The notes beneath the pieces were generated by a model. It ran no database searches. It was not told the DNA's origin and saw only the letters and a list, made by a program, of their open reading frames with translations. The position numbers were made by a program, and so were the translations under genes. A DNA stretch of 64,000 bases from Botryllus schlosseri (lineage: Eukaryota): the NCBI GenBank assembly GCA_051294905.1, contig CM119385.1, positions 8,990,001 through 9,054,000 on the forward strand, given 5' to 3'. The stretch's first letter is position 1. Every line of letters begins with the position of its first letter. This document shows, one piece after another, positions 58,201-64,000 of the stretch.

Positions 58201-59425
58201 ATTTCTAGATTGTGTTAATTTGCTTCTCGGCCCTGAAAAATTGTCCCGCGGACCCCAGTTTGGGAACCGCTGCTCTATACTATGTAGAAGTTTATCAACT
58301 TTTTAGATGCTATACTTGCTCTTGAGTTATTGCTGGTACGTACAGTGTCGTACACTCTCACATTGTGTTACATAATTTTATCATCGTTCGTGATTGTTGT
58401 TAGTGTTTAGCTGGAGTTTTCGTTGAATTTTTATAGCGACCGGTTCGGTTATTGGTGTGCAATTTCGTCATCTCCGTATTGCAATTGTTTACGATTTCGC
58501 CGTGTATCAACCAGTTATTTTATCGCCGTCGAAATTCCGGCTTTTCCTTGATTTCAAATTATGGGGTCTCCCAACGTTGTATTGTAAGATGAATAAATTA
58601 GCAATGACGATCAAATAGCGTTTTTTTATGCTAGAATATATACAGCCTATTGCAGTTTTTGTTTTTTGCTGATGATCTTGTATAATGTGAGCATAGCCAG
58701 AACAGAATACTTTTGTGCCGCATTCCCCCTCATGTTGCGTTGCATCTCTGACATTCTTTCCTATCTGGAAAACTTGCCTTGTTGATACCAGAGGTGATCA
58801 GTGTAGAGAAGAACTGATTTTTCAGGAGTACTCAATTAGACCCCGTCTACTCGCTCTGTTCACTCATCTGGCTTTGCTTCTAGACTGCTTCCTCTGCTAC
58901 TGGGACAATGTGTTAGGCGAAATTACTTATTTTGGATATTGGAAAATAGAATGTGGTTTTGGATATGTTTGCATCATTATCACGGGTGAAATTATGCTTT
59001 AATTCCTTGTGTGTCCAAAAACTACCAATCTGAGACACCCGATAAGTCTTCTTATAGTGTACTACCACTTTGCTTCAGAGAATACTTCTATATTCTTGGG
59101 AATCGCTACCTATACCAATGACTTCTTTGACCAAGTCTGATCTTTCCTACCTGAACCCGTTCCCCCGCGCGACTCGTGACGAAACCATCCGTTTCCGTTC
59201 AGCTTTTCGGAAAAGGCCCACCTGCTTCGCAACATGCTGAGCTTCGTCGGCAGGAGCCCGCAGACCAGCGTTGAATCGCACGAGATGCCGCGTACGTCGC
59301 GAGACGACCCGGGCGACGGCGCCAAGCATCACGGCTTCGCCTTTTCGCAGGAAGAGAGCGGCGTGATATCGCAGTCGCAGCTGATACGGAGCTACGACTC
59401 TACTGCCGATAAACCACCGGGCTGA
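40216..59425 (+). CDS. ATP8A1: P4-type phospholipid-transporting ATPase, ATP8A subfamily (first exon uncertain)
   Basis: Spliced exons give [37 protein letters not shown] (41680-41823), PISL (45595-45723), DKTGTLT (45785-45951), [41 protein letters not shown]-terminal TM exons and a last exon 59203-59425 with the GFAFSQEE regulatory motif. Likely an invertebrate co-orthologue of ATP8A1/ATP8A2. Confidence 0.95.
41900..42120. mobile_element. AGTAGAAGT-family element end (reverse)
   Basis: Ends GACTACTTTTACGAACTCTG; CTACTT/ACTCAAGT motifs reverse-match 30555-30780. Confidence 0.55.
44348..44520 (+). mobile_element. Penelope-like terminal-repeat remnant
   Basis: TGACGATTATACACTGATGAGTGTCAGCTGAAAATAT; core CUGAUGA kept but stem I and cleavage site lost. 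Confidence 0.7.
50855..51830. mobile_element. GACTCGAGTC-repeat element with long inverted arms, plus a short partial copy
   Basis: AGTCACAAGTCAATCTCACTTTTATAGTTTTGACTCGAG (51052-51090) is mirrored by CTCGAGTCTAAACTATAAAAGTTAAATTGACTTGTGACT (51769-51807). Confidence 0.75.
53590..53940 (+). repeat. About two units of a 200-bp dispersed tandem repeat
   Basis: GTAGTAATTT(T/C)GTT recurs at about 200-bp spacing; ATTGATTTTAACGATGTT...ATCGGTCATG shared with 61040-61560. Confidence 0.65.
54490..54660. mobile_element. AGTAGAAGT-family fragment
   Basis: GAAGTAGCACCACTTGCTCAAGTAG and GTAGGAAGTAG motifs. Confidence 0.4.
55934..56312. mobile_element. hAT/Charlie-like MITE
   Basis: TIRs CAGTGGTTCTTAAC...GTTAAAAACCACTG; TSD ATCTAGCT / ATCTACCT (7/8). 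Confidence 0.85.
56753..58272. mobile_element. hAT/Charlie-like element with internal insertions
   Basis: Ends CAGTGGTTCCCAAACT...AGTTTGGGAACCGCTG; TSD only 5/8, so pairing of the two ends is tentative. Confidence 0.55.
57350..57720. mobile_element. Foldback-family centre plus right arm
   Basis: 30-bp inverted repeat CAGTAGAAGCGGAGTTATGTGAGTTTTTCG around a 50-nt centre; ends TTTTTGAACAGCCCT like 7702. Confidence 0.75.
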
Positions 59426-59599
59426 TGCTTTGTTGTGTCGTTCTGTTACTTCTTTTTCTTCGCAGATATTCGGTGTTGAGATGTAGCCGCTTTGTTGTTT
59501 ATGTTCGTTCGCGCATAAATCTCTATATATATATACGTTATATATTTGCATTCTGACGTAGGTAACTGTGCGTTTTTGTTCCTTACATGCTGTTAATGA

Positions 59600-59830
59600 A
59601 GTTGAATAGTATATTCCAATTGATATAAACCCAATATTTTCAGTTGACTCATCTTCATGGCTAATCGGCAGCAGCTAGTAAAGAATTGAATAAAATATGG
59701 CTTCACAGTGTGAAAATTCGAATGATCGCCGTCTGTTGACCTCGACTGTCGGCCGAAAATATTCCGGTTTATTTCAATAATTTCTATTCAATTGCACATT
59801 ACAGTTCTATACCTTCAAAGGTCTGTTGGA
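59600..59830. mobile_element. Inverted pair of degenerate Penelope-like termini just downstream of the ATP8A stop
   Basis: Minus copy about 59600-59700 and plus copy about 59735-59830 (GGCCGAAAATATTCCGG). Confidence 0.6.
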
Positions 59831-60289
59831 GAAATAATCTCGCCTTACTTTTCGCGATAACTCTTCGCGGCATCGTCATGTTACGGCCGTTGTCCTGGTT
59901 CGCTAGGTTGCGTAATAGGTTAATTGCGCCTGATATAGGCCTATGTTGCAGCTGTGGTGTTGAGTTATATGCATTCTTAGGAAAATGCGTTTTACGCAGG
60001 TATTGCACCAATGCAGATGACAGTTGTTAGTAACCTAAGGTTAGGTACATTCTTCGGAAATTTCCTTTTGTTCAAGTGTTGTTATTATGCAGATGACAGT
60101 TTGTAAGCCACATTATTCGGTTCGTTGCCTTTACACGGATTATGAGATATCTTTACGTGTAATGCAAGAGGAAGTATGTTTGTAGGAAAATCAATCTGGT
60201 AGTTTACTGCGCTGGACGGTGTTTGGGCCTGCGTTATTGAGAGGCGGGAGTGATTTCGTTGAATTGTTCTGGACTGTGTGGGGATCAGC

Positions 60290-60490
60290 TTCTTGGAGCT
60301 ACAAAACTTCAATATACCATTGAATAGTATATTCATATTGAAATGAACCCGAATATTTTCGGCTGACACTCGCGCTGCGATTGTTGATATAGGCCTACGA
60401 TGTACTTTTGAATGCTCTACTAGTTGCTGACGAGTGTCAGCCGAAAATATTCGGGTTCATTTCTATATGACTTTAGTATTCAATTGTATA
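60290..60490. mobile_element. Inverted pair of Penelope-like termini
   Basis: GAACCCGAATATTTTCGGCTGACACTCG (60345-60372) faces CTGACGAGTGTCAGCCGAAAATATTCGGGTTC (60428-60459). Confidence 0.8.
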
Positions 60491-60611
60491 GGGATCGTAC
60501 GTTATCGGTTATGGTCGTGGCGTTGATTGAGCAACGGTGTTTGCTGTCGATCCATGTCATTTATTTAGAGTGGAATTTATGGAACATGCTTAGGCTACTT
60601 AAGGGTTACCA

Positions 60612-60960
60612 CAGTGGCGGCTCGTCCTATAGGGCAACTGGGGCATTGCCCCACCTAAAATTCTGTTCAATAACAATTTAACCATTTATAGACGCACAGC
60701 AATCAATATATACCGAGATCACAGCGAAACCCGCGTTCTTCTTGTGCTTTCGCTAACAAATGCCCATGCCCATACATAGCGAATTCTCTACTGTGTTTTC
60801 GCTTTGTGAATGCCTAGCCGGGGCTTGCCCCGGTAGCGCTCATAACAAGCTTTCACTATCTATTCTCTCAAAGCCGCGCACAATAAAGAAACGGTGATTT
60901 ACTCTCTCCTATTCGTAAAATGGCCGAGCAAGTGGGGCAACTATGCCTGGTCGCCCCTAA
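60612..60960. mobile_element. MITE remnant
   Basis: CAGTGGCGGCTCGTCC start with GGGGCA..GCCCC motifs at both ends; right TIR not resolved. Confidence 0.45.
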
Positions 60961-61039
60961 GGTGTGATGTAACAATCGTATCTATATCTGAACTCGGTTA
61001 CCGTGATATGCGTTGAGTCGACCTTTGCTGGTATATGTC

Positions 61040-61560
61040 GATTTTGACGGTGTTTCGCACCGTGATAATTCTTGAAACTTGGTATGATATGTCGTGAAGG
61101 TAGTATTTAGCACTGCTCCAGGTTTCAGGCTTGCTACTTAAAGATAAGGGTAGTCATTTCGTTTCCGAAGTTCAGTGTGTGCTGATCTATCATGTACATT
61201 GTACAGCAAACAGATTTTACTCAAAAGCCGGTATTGGTCTCCATTGATTTTGACGATGTTCCATACCGCGATCGGTCATGACATTTGGCACAGTAAGTCT
61301 TAATGTTAGTATCGACCGCTGTAACAAGTTTTAAGTTTGCCATTGAACTATGTGGGTGGTAATTTCGTTTCCAAAGTCGAGTGAGAGCTGACTCTTCATT
61401 TATCGCTAACAGATTTACGCAAAAGCCGTTATTGGTCTCTATTGATTTTAACGATGTTCCATACCTAGATCTCACGTAAAAGCCGGTGTCTGTCTGTGCT
61501 AATCTAGTCTCCGTTCCATAACGAGATCGGTGATGATATTTCCAATGGTATATCTCGATG
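61040..61560 (+). repeat. About 2.5 units of the 200-bp tandem repeat
   Basis: ATTTCGTTTCC at 61156/61362 and TTGGTCTC at 61234/61432. Confidence 0.7.
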
Positions 61561-62199
61561 ATCGCATGAAACAGCTAACTAAGATTCTCGGTTTGCATTC
61601 AAATATTCACATAATTTTATGTTCGCCAATGTGCATTTCACTGTGAAATTGTGGCCTTCAAACCATTTGCTTACAATCCCCTGTCAAATGCGATAGCTAT
61701 TTCATTTTCGATGTCGGCTAACAGCTGATCATTCGATCAGCCTATTCCTCGATCTATTTACTCAAAGTTCGGTGTTCGTCTGTTTGTATTGATTTTGACA
61801 GTGTACCATGCCGGAATGGGTTGAGATTGCGAATGCTACTTCTCTCGATAATTTCATGTAACAGTATGCTAAGTTTACGGCTTTCATTCATGTATTTATT
61901 GATTAATATATTTTCCAACGGCGATTTCGCAGCAGTCTTATAGACAGTAAGCCGTATGTGTTGCGTCACAATCTCCAGTTTCAACGCCAAAATGTACTAT
62001 GTTGTTCCGAGACCGAAGTTCCGAGGCTGCTGTCCTTAGTTCTTCAAATACCATTCAAATTGATGTTCTGGATTCAATATGACAGGCCCAATCTATGAGA
62101 TAACAATTGCGTAAGTGTCCGAAGTCGTTGACCTTTCCAGTTAGGCTTACGCAATCTCTCGAGTTCTAGTCATTGGAATTAGTCAGGTCAAGTCAAGAA

Positions 62200-62526
62200 T
62201 TCTCGGATTATCCTTGATCGGTTGATAATCCGCGATTTATCAACGAAAAACTCACATAACTCCGCTTCTACTGGTCGGAATTGACTCAAATTTGTTTTGC
62301 AACGTCTTTGAAGACAGCTCAATAATTTCATGGGGTTGGCAGAAAAATTTGGAAAATTTTATTTTCATTTTTCCATAATAAATTAAAAATTTTAATTGGA
62401 TCTGCGGAGTCCTATACTTGTTAGAATCGAACCAAATTTGGTGTGCAGCGTTCTTTAGGGTAACCTGACAATTTAATCAGTGAATGGCTGGAATCCGGGA
62501 AAAAAGGTTATTTTTGAACAGCGCTA
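62200..62526. mobile_element. Foldback-family arm nearly identical to 57437-57720
   Basis: About 290 bp colinear match with few differences by eye; the centre segment is in the opposite orientation. Confidence 0.8.
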
Positions 62527-62705
62527 ACCCTACCATGAAATCATGACGCATGCTACTAAGGATGACCTGATAATTGATTCGTGGCATAGGGACGATTCTT
62601 AGTTCACGTACATCATGTAAAATAATCCTTTGATTAAAAAAAAATGAATAAAACATTTGTTACCACACTTCAAGTCACGGCTCACCGGTAAACCTCTCGC
62701 GGCAC

Positions 62706-64000
62706 CAGGGCCGTAACAGCACTTCGCCAGGCCCCCCCCAAAACTTTGGTCTTGGGCCCCCCATATGATGATAAACCGAACTTCTGGGGGGCTTCGCCCC
62801 CCAGACACCCCTCACGCTGTATGCTGTACGCCGTTAACCGCTACTTATCATCTTTCATGGGGCTCCGTTGACTGGGTACGCTTTTCTCGCCTAAACGCGC
62901 GAAGCGCGAAAAATTCTGTAATTCGTGATTGAATCGGTAAATATGATCGGGAATTGCATACGTATTGCTATCAATTTTTACCCTCTGTCTGCTCACCTAA
63001 TCAGATTTACAGGTAGAGCTGAGTGAGGCGTGTTTGAATAGGTAGGACCCCTCAATAATAATTAAACATCTTCGGGCGTATACCCATTGACAGAAACGAA
63101 ACAGCACTTCGTCAGACCCCTAAAAAATCTTGGGTCTTGGGCTCCCATAGGGTGATAAACCGACCCCCAATGACGTTCGCTTTGCCACGAAATTAGTCGT
63201 ACTGTTTAGTGAGCCAGCGCCAAGCGCGAAAATTTTCGATAATTCATGATAAAATCGGTCAATAAGATCGGGAATTGCATATATATTGCTATCAATTTCT
63301 TGTCCTCTCTGCTCACGTAATCAGATTTACCGGCAGAGCTGAGTGAGGTGTCTTGGAAACTGTAGGGCCCGTTGGTATGACTCCGTAGCATAATGTTATT
63401 TCGTGACTTCCTGTCTGCTATATCAAAAAATATAGAATCGCCCAAACGTAGGCTACTAAACTAAAAGACACACACGATTTCAAATTGGTATTTCTTCACT
63501 GGTATATAATTTTCCCCTGCGGGATGGTATTTGTCTTGTGTGGTTCAGATTGCCAAGACAGGAACATTCGGCGTCAGTCATTTAGGCGCTTTTGGACAAT
63601 TAAACCTACATGTATTTTGTATATATAACGAAGTTTTCGGTCAGCATAAGGACGGTCCTTTTCGGCCAAGGTTTTCTCACTGCCGATCGTTCTAGCACAT
63701 TTCTTGGAGTCGCATGTCACATGGCCTGAAACTTTATATGTCTTGGTATATCGTGGCGCGATAATGACCAACGCAAATACGCCCATTTCGATAATCTTTT
63801 TTTTTTGCTTATTTTTTTGGGGGGGGCAAGAGTACTCCAAAATCAAGATATGTGGCAACTTGGATTCGCGCGCAGCGGAAAAAATTTTGAAAAAGTTGCA
63901 TAAATTTTCAAAAAATACTCTATAATTTATGCTAATCCACGAAATAATTTTGGGCCCCCTTCGAGCTCGGGCCTCCCCCCAATTGGGGGGTTTGGGGTGC
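62706..64000. mobile_element. GC-patchy non-autonomous DNA element with an internal degenerate duplication, probably running off the window
   Basis: CAGGGCCGTAAC start, GGGGGCTTCGCCCCCC hairpin; CAGCACTTCG...GGTCTTGGG (62718/63101) and ATCGGGAATTGCATA (62946/63268) duplicated. Confidence 0.5.

Overview
Eukaryotic (invertebrate-like metazoan) genomic DNA; the species cannot be identified from the sequence. It holds three spliced genes: a small secreted CUB-EGF-EGF-EGF protein on the minus strand (716-1972), a long CCDC162/DUF4549-family coiled-coil gene (+, 3185-37436) and an ATP8A-type P4-ATPase flippase (+, about 38220/40216-59425). Introns are crowded with mobile DNA: hAT-type MITEs with verifiable 8-bp TSDs (one nested in another), a TA-flanked Tc1/pogo-type MITE, tRNA-headed SINEs, RTE and L2/CR1 LINE ends, and about 11 Penelope-like (GIY-YIG) terminal-repeat remnants carrying a minimal hammerhead ribozyme. 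The most striking object is a 2,166-bp Ty3/gypsy element (34671-36836, TSD CTTTC) made of LTR, PBS, an uninterrupted integrase ORF, PPT and LTR. It has no tRNA-type PBS; its PBS is instead the exact reverse complement of an LTR segment starting at an Inr-like TCAGTT, the geometry of Tf1-type self-primed reverse transcription, in an integrase with no chromodomain. Other highlights are a possible 6-bp pseudoknot in the one intact hammerhead and a foldback element whose arms are TTAGGG-rich. All splice models and alignments were made by hand and are unverified.
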